A stretch of DNA of 64,000 nt, taken from Amphritea sp. (GTDB lineage Bacteria > Pseudomonadota > Gammaproteobacteria > Pseudomonadales > Balneatricaceae). The translations under genes were made by a program, and so were the position numbers. Under the pieces are notes generated by a model. That model saw only the letters and a program-made list of their open reading frames with translations, was not told where the DNA came from and searched no databases. Shown one piece after another: positions 1 through 9,801 of the stretch; position 1 is the stretch's first letter; the number at the start of each line of letters is the position of its first letter. The stretch spans positions 6,514-70,513 of the forward strand of contig JBALVQ010000011.1 of the NCBI GenBank assembly GCA_036960915.1, written 5' to 3'.

Positions 1-12
1 TGTTTTGCTCAT
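1..12 (-). CDS. 5' end of a gene running off the left edge (MSKT...)
   Basis: ATG at 12 on minus strand preceded by GGGGAG RBS; only 4 codons visible. Confidence 0.35.
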
Positions 13-651
13 ACTCCCCGGTCGGTAGAACAAAATTAATATTCAAGCGATGCCAATAGGGTTTTCCGAAGAGCTCACTATCAGTCCACTGTATAAGCAA
101 TGGGCTAAAAATCAGATCGCCGACTCCGGTTGTATCCCCCTGGGGACCAAAGTCTGTGCTTATATCTGCCTTGACTACCGGCAACAGAATTTCAGCGCCG
201 TAAAATCCCCCCCAGAGTTGCTTCTCTGTAATGACTGCCAGGTGACTCAGTGCAACTGTGATATCCGACTCGTTATCGCCTGGAATATTCCCTCCCTGAC
301 TATTGGTGAAGTCAGCAATGCGATAATGGGAAAGTGTCTCCTGAAAAAGCCAGCCAGGACCCGCCACACCATCCATAAAATTAGAGTCTCCAAGATTAAC
401 AGGCGGCAAGTTCACTTGCCCCACTGCAGGAGAACCTGCTAAAACAATCGTTAGTACCGAACTTATACTGAAAATCCGTCTTATCGCACGGTGTTTTTTT
501 TGTAACGACAAGCCATTAAAAACAATTTTAGTAATGGTAATTAATTTACCCATTAAACCTATCCTTTTTAAATCCGGTAATCATGGATACAAAATATTTA
601 TTCATCTGGCCTACGCAGATAATTAATAGAAAATTGATTTTCCTGAAACAT

Positions 652-1056
652 TCAGTCGGGCTTAATCGCATATTTACCGCTACCCAGCAACACAATGTTA
701 AGAGCGCCGAATAAATATAGCGCCTGTAACTCAAGCGCCCAGCCGCCTTTAGGAGCTAAGCTAGCAAAATGCTCTGTATGCACCAGTAAAACTGCAACTA
801 CCATGGTGAATGTGGTAATTAAAGCGCCAACCCGGGAATAAAACCCAACGATTATCATGACAGGTGCAATAATCTGTCCGATTAATACACCGTAGGCTAT
901 AACTGATGGCAAGCCTAAATTGGCGAGTAAACCGCCTATAAACTCAAGGGCCTCTGGATGTATTGCCTTAGATACGCCATGAAACAACATCAGAATAGCG
1001 ATCGTTAAGCGCAACAATAACTTACCTGCATCGTCATTTTTAAACTGTTTGAGCAC
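652..1056 (-). CDS. DoxX family membrane protein
   Basis: LLLRL..LMLFHG.SK and GGWALELQALY..GSGKYA motifs; 4 hydrophobic segments; GTG start with AAGGAG RBS. Confidence 0.9.
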   Translation of the reverse strand: MLKQFKNDDAGKLLLRLTIAILMLFHGVSKAIHPEALEFIGGLLANLGLPSVIAYGVLIGQIIAPVMIIVGFYSRVGALITTFTMVVAVLLVHTEHFASLAPKGGWALELQALYLFGALNIVLLGSGKYAIKPD

Positions 1057-1222
1057 CTGACACTCCTTTCTTGTATTTAATTAAAGTCTGGCTACGTAAG
1101 CTTTCTACTCATAGCCACTTGCTGTAGGCAGCTCACAAAACCACCCATATATTCTTGAGATAAAAGCAGGTCATTTAAAACTCACTGTTTATTAAGTTTA
1201 AAACCTATTTATGCCTGTCTTT

Positions 1223-1270
1223 GTCGCTCCCGGACATCCATGTCCCCGCGACATACCGTACATCCTGTAC
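1223..1270. repeat. Dispersed 48-bp palindromic repeat (GGACATCCATGTCC / GTACATCCTGTAC hairpins)
   Basis: 47/48 identical to 40760-40807. Confidence 0.85.
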
Positions 1271-1369
1271 ATAGAAAAACACCCATCCCTGGCTGGAATG
1301 GATGCCTTTTAATCATTAGAGCGTTTAGAGATTACCCGGTAACGCCAATTGGTCTCATCCTGTATAGGT

Positions 1370-1939
1370 TTACTTCAACCCTATTTGACGGTTCCAATCA
1401 TCGTTATCCCAGAACAGATATTCTTCTGCTATCCGTCCGTTCTCCCAGCGTGCAATCGTTGCAATCTTCAAACTCACTGGCTGACCTGTTGGCTCAAGAA
1501 CAGTGCCATCCTTCAGGGTGATCGGTTTCACCCAATTGCCTTCAGAGATACTGATACCAGCAGTCCATTCTCCATGACCAAAACCAACAATGTGTTCGGC
1601 CACCTTAAAGTTGAATGTATCGAAGAGGAACTCAAGCTCCTTTTCATGGGGCGGAAAGGGGGACGTCTTTGTACCGTCCGGGTTATGAACAATTACGTTA
1701 TCAGCGTGTATTTCACCAATACGTTTCATATCGCGGTTGTTGAAAGCCTCCAGGTCCAGTTCATCGAATATTTCCAAATGACGTTTGGTCTGTGCGCGCT
1801 CAAGTTCGTGAACATCGACTTTTGCTTGCAGCTCAATAATTTCGGCTTTTAGCTCCTCGATACTTTCACCCGCGTTAGCATTGAGGGTAGACGCCGCTAG
1901 GGCGGGAACTAGCAAAATAGATAAAAGTAGTTTTCTCAT
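1370..1939 (-). CDS. Secreted SnoaL-like (NTF2 fold) ester cyclase family protein
   Basis: N-terminal signal peptide, coiled-coil stretch, FDELD..FNN, IARWENGRIAEEYLFWD motif. Confidence 0.8.
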   Translation of the reverse strand: MRKLLLSILLVPALAASTLNANAGESIEELKAEIIELQAKVDVHELERAQTKRHLEIFDELDLEAFNNRDMKRIGEIHADNVIVHNPDGTKTSPFPPHEKELEFLFDTFNFKVAEHIVGFGHGEWTAGISISEGNWVKPITLKDGTVLEPTGQPVSLKIATIARWENGRIAEEYLFWDNDDWNRQIGLK

Positions 1940-2259
1940 GATCTTTCTCCGATTGGACGTTTATGGTTCATTAGGGAACCTACGAACAAGTCCCATACGC
2001 CTCTGGCTTTCAGAGCGATCTGAGATCAAGACAACGATTGCAGGCATACTGGTTGTCTGTCGATAATCGTTAACACAGATATCGGGGCGCTCTGGAAGCC
2101 CCTAAGGGCGGGCTCTATAACGGCCACCTGTTTTGTCAGCCAGTTTGAAAAGGTCCAGACATTTCACTGCACTGTCTTTCACGCATCTGGCCGTTCTATA
2201 GCCCGCAGAGAACATAATGGACTTATTAGCAGGTTCCTTAACTGCGTGGTTGCAATGAT

Positions 2260-2871
2260 TTACTGGTTCAGGGGGTTATTGAGGCCACCCCAGGCCCTGA
2301 GCACGTTGCCGCTCTCATTACCTTCTATTGCTGTTACATAGTGCTGAGCTACTTGCTCGGCACTGACCAGGCCAGTACGAACCCGCTCTGGCTCTACAAC
2401 TGGTGCGGGGCTCACCACGTTCAAACGTAAACCGCGCTCTAATAGTGGGGCTGTATGCTGCACAAAGGCATCGATGGCTGCGTTGAACGGCCCGGTCGCA
2501 ATACTGTGAGGGTTGGGGTAATGGCTAAGAAAACCACTGGTCAGCGTGACTGATCCACTATCGTTCAGATACTTTTCTGCTAAACGAACAATGCGGAACT
2601 GAGCAATCAATTTGCGTTCAGCGCCAAAGCGAAAATCATCATCGACTAAGTCTTGATAGGGCTTGAATGCACTATCGCCGCCTACGACAGAGACAACAGC
2701 ATCCAGATTACCGATTTGCTTAAAAACCGACTTAACTGATTCTTCATCGGTGAAATCAGCAATGACATCACCGGAACGAGAACCAATTTTTATTACTTCA
2801 TGTTTATCTGATAACAGCTCAACAACACGGCTGCCGATCTTTCCTGATGCTCCAAATATTGCAATTTTCAT
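2260..2871 (-). CDS. Short-chain dehydrogenase (atypical SDR)
   Basis: GASGKIG Rossmann motif, RLNVVSP; no clear YxxxK. Confidence 0.85.
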   Translation of the reverse strand: MKIAIFGASGKIGSRVVELLSDKHEVIKIGSRSGDVIADFTDEESVKSVFKQIGNLDAVVSVVGGDSAFKPYQDLVDDDFRFGAERKLIAQFRIVRLAEKYLNDSGSVTLTSGFLSHYPNPHSIATGPFNAAIDAFVQHTAPLLERGLRLNVVSPAPVVEPERVRTGLVSAEQVAQHYVTAIEGNESGNVLRAWGGLNNPLNQ

Positions 2872-3093
2872 GTGCTTACCCCGTCACCACCAATTCAATG
2901 AGGATAAGCTTAAGTGAATTATTTATTTTTCAGAACAGAAGCAAATATGAAATTTCTTTTTGCATAACGCGAAAAATAAAAAGAAACACATGCACTTTGT
3001 CTAAGGGTTACCTGGTGGCAAGAGAGAGGAGACTGGAAGTGGAATTCAAAGTGAAGTGCCTGGATAAGGAGCGGTTATCAAGGCACGCATGAC

Positions 3094-4002
3094 TTATATA
3101 GAAAACGTATAGGAGTCGATCTTTATGTTCTCAGAAAGATAATCAATTAACACTTTCGTGGCAGGATTCTTAGTACCTTTCTGATGATAAAGCAGTGAAA
3201 TATAAGCATCGTCAATAGAGTACTCCGGTAACAGCTCTATCAATTTCCCCTCCCGAATAGAAGCATCAACAAAAAAATTGGGTATTTGCGAGATGCCCAG
3301 CCCCGACTCACACAGTAAGGTAATACACTCCGCATTGTTGACGTCAATCGGTCCATCAATATGGACCCCCAGGCTATCGCCATTGGGCGCTCTGAACTGC
3401 CAACGCCTGGCATTCGCCGTCGAACTGTCAATCAGGCATACATGACGATTCAGACTCTCTGGCGTAAGCGGAGCACCGAACTGTTCTATGTAGGTAGCGC
3501 TTGCAACCAGCTTAAGGCTCATTGGCCATAGCCGCTTAGCTATAAAGTTAGAATCAGGCAGGCGAGAAACACGCAGTGCAAGATCAAAGCCTTCTTCAAC
3601 CATATCGTTGAAGTCGTCATTCAGAACCAGTTGGATTTTAAGACCCGGGTACTCGTTATAAAAACCAGGTAGAAGAGGAGAGATGAGTTTCTTGCCCAGA
3701 ATAACCGGCGCAGTCACTTTAAGTGTCCCCTTGAGGAGCTTGTTTTCCAATTCCACAGGACGTTCAAGTACTTCAACCCTGCTGATAATGTCCCGAATCT
3801 GCTCAAGATAAGAGTGCCCCTCCTGACTCAAACGCAAACTTCGGGTGGAACGGTATATGAGCTTTCGGCCTAACCAGTCTTCCAGTTCGTTCAGGTTCTT
3901 GGTAACCACCGAATTCGCGATACCTAAACGGCGAGCGGCAGCAGACATGGAGCCCTCTTCAACGACTACCGCAAATATCTTCATGGCTTTGAGTTGGTTC
4001 AT
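3094..4002 (-). CDS. LysR family regulator (CrgA/DmlR-like)
   Basis: N-terminal HTH GSMSAAARRLG..RSTRSLRLS, EEGFDLALR. Confidence 0.95.
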   Translation of the reverse strand: MNQLKAMKIFAVVVEEGSMSAAARRLGIANSVVTKNLNELEDWLGRKLIYRSTRSLRLSQEGHSYLEQIRDIISRVEVLERPVELENKLLKGTLKVTAPVILGKKLISPLLPGFYNEYPGLKIQLVLNDDFNDMVEEGFDLALRVSRLPDSNFIAKRLWPMSLKLVASATYIEQFGAPLTPESLNRHVCLIDSSTANARRWQFRAPNGDSLGVHIDGPIDVNNAECITLLCESGLGISQIPNFFVDASIREGKLIELLPEYSIDDAYISLLYHQKGTKNPATKVLIDYLSENIKIDSYTFSI

Positions 4003-4147
4003 ATTAGTAGATCTACATCTTTCTTATTTTGAGAAAAGTAATTTCACCTTTACACCTATTAATAAGAAAACTCAAGTCACATACAATTCATTCACTAAAT
4101 CTAAGTAACGCAAGTCTGCCTTTCTCCAACAGTATAAGGAGGCCATT

Positions 4148-4627
4148 ATGAGCCGTTTAACCAATTTACCTCCCCGCATTGGGGAAAAACCCATCACCAA
4201 TCCACAGCCGCCACATTTGCAGCATAACCAGCATAGCCCCAGGGCTATCTATGAAAAATTGGCCGATTGGATGTTCCATTCTTTTCCTAAGTCACGCGAG
4301 CATGAAACCTGGATTTCAGTTCCCTCCAGCCGTGCTATGTGGCTAGACGAAAACATCAAGAACACTCCCAATGATGGTTTTATGCCTCCTTCATCCAGCC
4401 GGGAGTATTCCCACTTACATCTGGACGGCAGCATCCATGTTTGCTTACCCGATGATGATGTAAATCAGGTTTATCAGGCTAATTGGGGAGAGCCTCATCC
4501 GTATAAACACATGGGCGTGAACGAGATATTAGTCTATGCCCCACAAAATGAAGAAGAATTAGCCATTTTGCAGCAAGTTATTGTTGCTTCATATGAATAC
4601 GTAACCGGAGAAACTTACCAGCATTAA
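4148..4627 (+). CDS. DUF5519 / luciferase-domain family protein
   Basis: REYSHLHLDGSIHVCLP, WGEPHP, LVYAPQNEEE motifs; AAGGAGG RBS. Confidence 0.7.
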   Translation: MSRLTNLPPRIGEKPITNPQPPHLQHNQHSPRAIYEKLADWMFHSFPKSREHETWISVPSSRAMWLDENIKNTPNDGFMPPSSSREYSHLHLDGSIHVCLPDDDVNQVYQANWGEPHPYKHMGVNEILVYAPQNEEELAILQQVIVASYEYVTGETYQH

Positions 4628-4666
4628 TGCTGATGAGTATCTGATACAGGAAAACAGGAAATAATC

Positions 4667-5206
4667 ATGAAAAAAATTCTAGCCTTTTCTGGCAGTAATA
4701 GCTCTAAGTCAATCAATCAAACACTGGTAAAGCTGGTCGCCGATAAGATCGAAAATCACCAGGTCGAAGTAATCGATATCCGGGATTATCCAATGCCGAT
4801 TTACAGCAGTGATATCGAAGAAAATGAGGGTTATCCTGAGAACGCCAGAATAATCAGAAACCTGCTTGCAGATCATGACGCATTCGTAATTGCTTCGCCT
4901 GAGCACAATGGCTCTATGCCGGTAGCCTTTAAAAACCTGATTGACTGGGTTTCTCGCTTAGGTGATATGGAAAACCCAATGTTCGGCGATAAGAAACCTC
5001 TGTTATTGCTCAGCACATCTCCGGGTCCAACTGGCGGCGCAACCAACCTGGCGAATCTGGCTAATCTTATGCCATGGTGGGGAGCCGATGTACGGGGTAC
5101 ATACAACCTGGGTAGTTTCTATGACAACTTTGTTGACGGGAAACTGAGTCCTGAAAAAGACCAGGAGTTAACGAATCTGGTTACTCAATTTACGGCACAA
5201 CTGTAA
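4667..5206 (+). CDS. NADPH-dependent FMN reductase
   Basis: FSGSNS..SIN, SPEHNGS...FKNLIDWVSR, STSPG..GG. Confidence 0.93.
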   Translation: MKKILAFSGSNSSKSINQTLVKLVADKIENHQVEVIDIRDYPMPIYSSDIEENEGYPENARIIRNLLADHDAFVIASPEHNGSMPVAFKNLIDWVSRLGDMENPMFGDKKPLLLLSTSPGPTGGATNLANLANLMPWWGADVRGTYNLGSFYDNFVDGKLSPEKDQELTNLVTQFTAQL

Positions 5207-5215
5207 ATAGATTCT

Positions 5216-5253
5216 GCTATTAACCCGGCAATAATTTTCGTCGGGTTAATAGC
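5216..5253 (+). terminator. Stem-loop after FMN reductase
   Basis: GCTATTAACCCGGC...GTCGGGTTAATAGC inverted repeat. Confidence 0.55.
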
Positions 5254-5435
5254 GCGGCACAAGGATGTGCCGCCGCTGGCCAAGGCCAGCGCGAGCCCAT
5301 GAAATACAAGGAGATTGACACATCTTCGCCAGTATTTTGTGGGCGACAATCAAATCGATCAGGACGAACTATTTGATTGCCAGGTTAATAGATGAAATAT
5401 CCCCCTGGGTGCGAACGTTAGCAAGTAACGTTAGA

Positions 5436-5474
5436 TGTCTATAACACCTGTCTATAACACCTGTCTATAACACC
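5436..5474. repeat. Perfect 13-bp tandem repeat x3 (TGTCTATAACACC)
   Basis: Read directly from the sequence. Confidence 0.95.
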
Positions 5475-5515
5475 CAGGGTTTATCCGCTACAGGCTAGAT
5501 TATTGGAGAAATGTT

Positions 5516-6427
5516 ATGGCGTATATGAAGAAAGGCTGCTGGCTTCCGGATGAAGATAGCGAAGGTTTAAGTTATGTCGATACCTTTAACGACTTAGCCG
5601 AAGTTGAAGCTGATCGCTATCATCTGTACGTTTCTCTCGCCTGCCCTTTTGCACACAGGCCTTTACTGGTGCACAGCTTATTAGGATTACACGACTCTAT
5701 TTCAGTATCCAGTGTGGCGCCGAAACGCTATGAACAGGGCTGGGCATTTGATGCAGAATACCCCGATCCGTTGTCCAATAAGTCACATCTCCAACAGATC
5801 TACACAGCAGCAAAGCCCGATTACAGCGGGCGAATTACCGTCCCTGTGCTGTGGGACAAGAAACGACAATCCATTGCCAGTAATGATTCTGCTGGTATTG
5901 CGCAGTGGCTGGCTCAAGAATGGCAAGGCATGGCGGAAAACTCGTTCGATCTGCTTCCTGAAGACAAGCTTGAAGAGGTAAATGTCCTTTCAGAGTGGAT
6001 TCATAACCGGGTAAATCTTGCGGTTTATAGCGCAGGTTTTGCCACCGAGCAGGCAGCCTATGATGCTGCTTTCGATGACGTATTCCAGGCGCTCGATGAG
6101 CTAGAAGAACGGCTGTCAGCACAGCGTTATTTGCATGGAGCGAACATCACCATGAGTGATGTAAGGCTGATACCCTCTTTAGTACGCTTTGATAGCGTCT
6201 ATTACACACATTTCAAATTGAATAAGAAGCGAATTCAGGATTATCCAAATTTATGGGGCTACCTGCTGGAGATGATGCAACTGCCAGCCATACGGCAAAC
6301 CGTGAATCTTGAACATATCAAGCTGCACTATTTCTATGCACATAACTTTATCAATCCCCATCGTATTGTTCCAAAGGGTCCTGATATTGATTGGCAGCAA
6401 GCGCACAATCGAGACAGACTCAGTTAA
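5516..6427 (+). CDS. yqjG: Glutathionyl-hydroquinone reductase (YqjG-like GST)
   Basis: RYHLYVSLACPFAHR, RITVPVLWDKK, LVRFD.VY, INPHRIVPKGP. Confidence 0.88.
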   Translation: MAYMKKGCWLPDEDSEGLSYVDTFNDLAEVEADRYHLYVSLACPFAHRPLLVHSLLGLHDSISVSSVAPKRYEQGWAFDAEYPDPLSNKSHLQQIYTAAKPDYSGRITVPVLWDKKRQSIASNDSAGIAQWLAQEWQGMAENSFDLLPEDKLEEVNVLSEWIHNRVNLAVYSAGFATEQAAYDAAFDDVFQALDELEERLSAQRYLHGANITMSDVRLIPSLVRFDSVYYTHFKLNKKRIQDYPNLWGYLLEMMQLPAIRQTVNLEHIKLHYFYAHNFINPHRIVPKGPDIDWQQAHNRDRLS

Positions 6428-6453
6428 GGCTAATTTCGTTAAGGATAGTTTCG

Positions 6454-7071
6454 TTATTGTAGACGATATATATAGTGCCCCATGCGCTGCTTTTTGGTTT
6501 CCAGATAGCCAGCGTTTTCCTTCACCTGTCCTACTTCAATAGGAAGACGCTGTTCCACCCGAATACCCTGCTCAACAAGCGCACTGACCTTGGCTGGATT
6601 GTTGGTTAGCAGGCGGATATGTAGCAGGTTCATCGATTTGAGTATTGCGCCCGCCAGGTCATAACTCCTTTCGTCAGCTTTGAAACCAAGCTGCAAATTC
6701 GCATCCACAGTGTCCAGGCCACTATCCTGTAGCTGATACGCCTTGAGCTTATTACTAAGCCCGATCCCACGCCCTTCCTGACGCAGGTAAAGCAATACAC
6801 CACTGCCCTCTTCACTGATGCGTTTAAGGGAATAGTTCAACTGGGCACCACAGTCACAGCGCCTGGAACTAAATAGGTCCCCGGTGGCACACTCGGAATG
6901 CATCCGCACAATAGGAGCCCTTTGCCTTTCCAGCTCCCCCATCTCCAGTACTATATGTTCGCGCCCGTTCTTCAGTTCGGTATAGACCGTCATGCGAAAC
7001 TCACCGTATTCGGTCGGCATTGGAACGGTTACCGATTTTTCGAACTGCTGGGTATCTGTGTATAGTGACAT
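6454..7071 (-). CDS. ribA: GTP cyclohydrolase II
   Basis: VRMHSECATGDLFSSRRCDCG, RQEGRGIGL, LLTNNP.K; start placed at 7071 by GGAGG RBS. Confidence 0.95.
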   Translation of the reverse strand: MSLYTDTQQFEKSVTVPMPTEYGEFRMTVYTELKNGREHIVLEMGELERQRAPIVRMHSECATGDLFSSRRCDCGAQLNYSLKRISEEGSGVLLYLRQEGRGIGLSNKLKAYQLQDSGLDTVDANLQLGFKADERSYDLAGAILKSMNLLHIRLLTNNPAKVSALVEQGIRVEQRLPIEVGQVKENAGYLETKKQRMGHYIYRLQ

Positions 7072-7252
7072 AGACAGCCTCCTACAACTCTTTGACTGCC
7101 TCACGAAGCCTCGACTCTGAGCGATGAAATCTGAACTCTGAGCTTTGAACTTATTAACGACTAAGTCCGCAGGCTAAATGAGTGATTAACTTAAATGATG
7201 GGGCATTGGCCCAATAAGGGATCAGTGAGCCAATGCTTACCGGATAGAGCGA

Positions 7253-8257
7253 TTACTTCTGAAACTTAGGAATGATGTGCTTACCGTATTTTTCAACGAT
7301 ATTCTCTTCATCACCGTTATCCAGGTAGATATTGAACTGGGTCGTTCCAGCCTCTTCCAGATGCTTCAGTTTGGCAATATGATCATCTACTGTGCCCAGA
7401 ACACAGAAGTCTTCCACAATATCTTCTGTGATGAAGTCCAGGTACGGGTTGTCACTCTGACCATGTTTGGAATAATCGTAACCTTTACGGTTCTCGATAT
7501 AAGAAGTCAGGCTTTCCGGCACCAGGCCACTGGTTGCGCCATATTTTTCAACAATATCTGCTACATGGTTACCGACCATTGCCGGGAACCACTTAGTTGC
7601 TTCAAGGCAACGCTCTTTGGTACCGAAATAAGCAGGTGCGGAAGCAATAACCTGATAGTTACTCATATCTCGGCCTGCCTCTTTACCGGCTGTGATTGCC
7701 TGGTCCTTGAACCATTTCACCAGTGCAGGTGAACCGATCTGCAGTACTACACCGTCGGCATTCTCACCCGCAGTCCGCAAAGCTTTTGGACCATAAGCGC
7801 CAATGTAAACAGGCAGCTCATAGCCTTCAGCCCATGGGAACTTTACGGGTGCTGGGCATTCGCCATACATCACCTCTTCACCACGAACCATCGCTTTAAC
7901 CTTTTGCGTGAATTCAGCTACGCGGGCCAGGTTCGCCGGTTTTTTACCCAGCACCCTTACACCACTATCGCCACGTCCCAGACCAATATGGAAACGACCA
8001 TTACTCTGCATCGCCAGGCTTGCAAACAGGCTGGCGGCCTGTGACCAGTCACGCGCATTAGGGTGCGTAACACATGGGCCAAAGCTGATCTTTGAAGTAT
8101 GCTCCATACACATGGCGATTGCTGGATAGCACTCACGCCACAAAACATGAGAATCATAGAACCAACAGTGAGTAAAGCCAGCGTCTTCAGCCTGCTTAGC
8201 CAGGTTACGCGCACGTTCAGGGCTGATAAAGCCTTTAAAAGTAATACCGAAATCCAT
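7253..8257 (-). CDS. F420-dependent LLM-class oxidoreductase (TIGR03842/CPS_4043-like)
   Basis: MDFGITFKG, WFYDSHVLW, GRGDS, FPAMVGNHVAD; located inside cof operon; start at 8257 after AGGAG RBS. Confidence 0.85.
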   Translation of the reverse strand: MDFGITFKGFISPERARNLAKQAEDAGFTHCWFYDSHVLWRECYPAIAMCMEHTSKISFGPCVTHPNARDWSQAASLFASLAMQSNGRFHIGLGRGDSGVRVLGKKPANLARVAEFTQKVKAMVRGEEVMYGECPAPVKFPWAEGYELPVYIGAYGPKALRTAGENADGVVLQIGSPALVKWFKDQAITAGKEAGRDMSNYQVIASAPAYFGTKERCLEATKWFPAMVGNHVADIVEKYGATSGLVPESLTSYIENRKGYDYSKHGQSDNPYLDFITEDIVEDFCVLGTVDDHIAKLKHLEEAGTTQFNIYLDNGDEENIVEKYGKHIIPKFQK

Positions 8258-8326
8258 AATTATTCTCCTAACGAGGATAGTTTTATTTTTGTTGTGGTGT
8301 TGCAAACTAGTGAGTTAACAAGCCAG

Positions 8327-8995
8327 TTAACTTCCGGGTGCCCAGATCTTGATTCCCGCATGGGAGAACGGCACCTTCTTGGAAATATTCAAACGAATAA
8401 GAATCGGGGTAATTGCTTCAATACAGCGGGCATTGACTGCAGGACCGGCGTTATATGCCTGGACATCAAGGCTTGAGATCAGCGCCATAACCTTCTCTTT
8501 AGCTTCAAGGTTATTGCCACAAACCAGAATGTCGCAGTTAATTGCGTGGTCGAGGTTATTCAATGTTGCAGCGGAAACATTATGCAATGCGCCAACAACG
8601 GGAATACCATCACCCAGCAGTGCCTGTGCAGCTTCTGTAGCAGAGCCCTCTGCCGGCATAGCAACCGCCTTCGGATCACCATCGGCAAGCGGTACCACGA
8701 TATCGACCAGAATCTTATTGGCCAGCTCGCCCTTAATCGCTTCCAGGGTGGCATTGTGAGCTGAAAACGGCACCGCCAGGATAACGATTTCATCCGCAGC
8801 TGCTGTAGCAGCCGCATTATCAGCACCACTGATTACACCGGAAACGCCATGTTGCTGCTCGTTTAACTGCGCTGCGATTTCAGCCGCCCGGTCGCCATCA
8901 CGTGAACCTAGTGCGACATCGATTCCCGCTGCAGCAAAGCGCAAAGCCAGTCCCTTACCCTGTGGACCGGTGCCACCTAAAATAGCTATTTTCAT
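8327..8995 (-). CDS. npdG: F420H2:NADP+ oxidoreductase (Fno)
   Basis: [30 protein letters not shown]; ATGA overlap with cofE stop. Confidence 0.92.
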   Translation of the reverse strand: MKIAILGGTGPQGKGLALRFAAAGIDVALGSRDGDRAAEIAAQLNEQQHGVSGVISGADNAAATAAADEIVILAVPFSAHNATLEAIKGELANKILVDIVVPLADGDPKAVAMPAEGSATEAAQALLGDGIPVVGALHNVSAATLNNLDHAINCDILVCGNNLEAKEKVMALISSLDVQAYNAGPAVNARCIEAITPILIRLNISKKVPFSHAGIKIWAPGS

Positions 8996-9801
8996 CGGAA
9001 TAAATCCTCCTGTTGGGGTCGTATAAGGTCGAGTGCCGAGCTGTCGCCGGGAGTCCACTCAACACCCTTAAAAATCAGTGCGGGCTTTTTGCCCTCTTTA
9101 CTCATCAGCAGCCCGGAAGCTGCTGCCAGCTCATCGGCTAACGCCGGTACTGTTACCGAAAGTTCCCGGCCATAGGCATCCTTCTCACCTGCCATATCAA
9201 TCTTGCTGGGTACCTTCGCCAGCCCGACAGCGACGTTCACCAGGCCCATCCGCCAAGGTCGGCCAAAGGTGTCAGTAATCACTACGCCCAGCTGTTTACC
9301 GGTAGATTTCTCCAGTGCGGAGCACAGTTGCCAGGCACTTTTATCCGGATCTTCCGGCAGTAAAATGACACTGCCTGGGCTATCCACGTTGGATTCATCC
9401 ACAGCCGCATTGGCGCAGATAAAACCCAGTTTGTGTTCCGCTATCAGCGTGCCCTCTTCTTGCTGAGGCCGTTTAACCGCCCGAACCACCCGCTTCGATT
9501 CACCGAGGATCACCTCGATTTTGCGCGGATCTTTGTTAACGGTTTGTGCCAGCTCCAGCGCTTGCGCAGAAGGCTCTACATCGGCCAGACGCACAATGCG
9601 CCCTTCGGCCTTGGAAACCACCTTGTGGGCAATCACCAGAATGTCACCGTCATCCAACTCCATCTGCGCCTGATCCATTGCGGCCAACAGCAACGCCACC
9701 AGATCATCGCCCGGCTTTATATCCGGCAGGCCGGGAACTACCTGAATGCTGACGGCCTGCTCGACCGACTGTCTAACCATGGGTTTCACTGACTGTTCCA
9801 T
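8992..9801 (-). CDS. cofE: F420-0:L-glutamate ligase (single-domain CofE)
   Basis: [48 protein letters not shown]. Confidence 0.95.
   Translation of the reverse strand: MEQSVKPMVRQSVEQAVSIQVVPGLPDIKPGDDLVALLLAAMDQAQMELDDGDILVIAHKVVSKAEGRIVRLADVEPSAQALELAQTVNKDPRKIEVILGESKRVVRAVKRPQQEEGTLIAEHKLGFICANAAVDESNVDSPGSVILLPEDPDKSAWQLCSALEKSTGKQLGVVITDTFGRPWRMGLVNVAVGLAKVPSKIDMAGEKDAYGRELSVTVPALADELAAASGLLMSKEGKKPALIFKGVEWTPGDSSALDLIRPQQEDLFR

Noticed and set aside
50-442. 130-aa ORF, or a riboswitch in the long leader of the edge gene
   Set aside because: No recognisable protein features; I could not match TPP, glycine, cobalamin or guanidine riboswitch cores by eye
5436-5474. Possible CRISPR array
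   Set aside because: Direct 13-bp tandem repeats with no spacers and no cas genes
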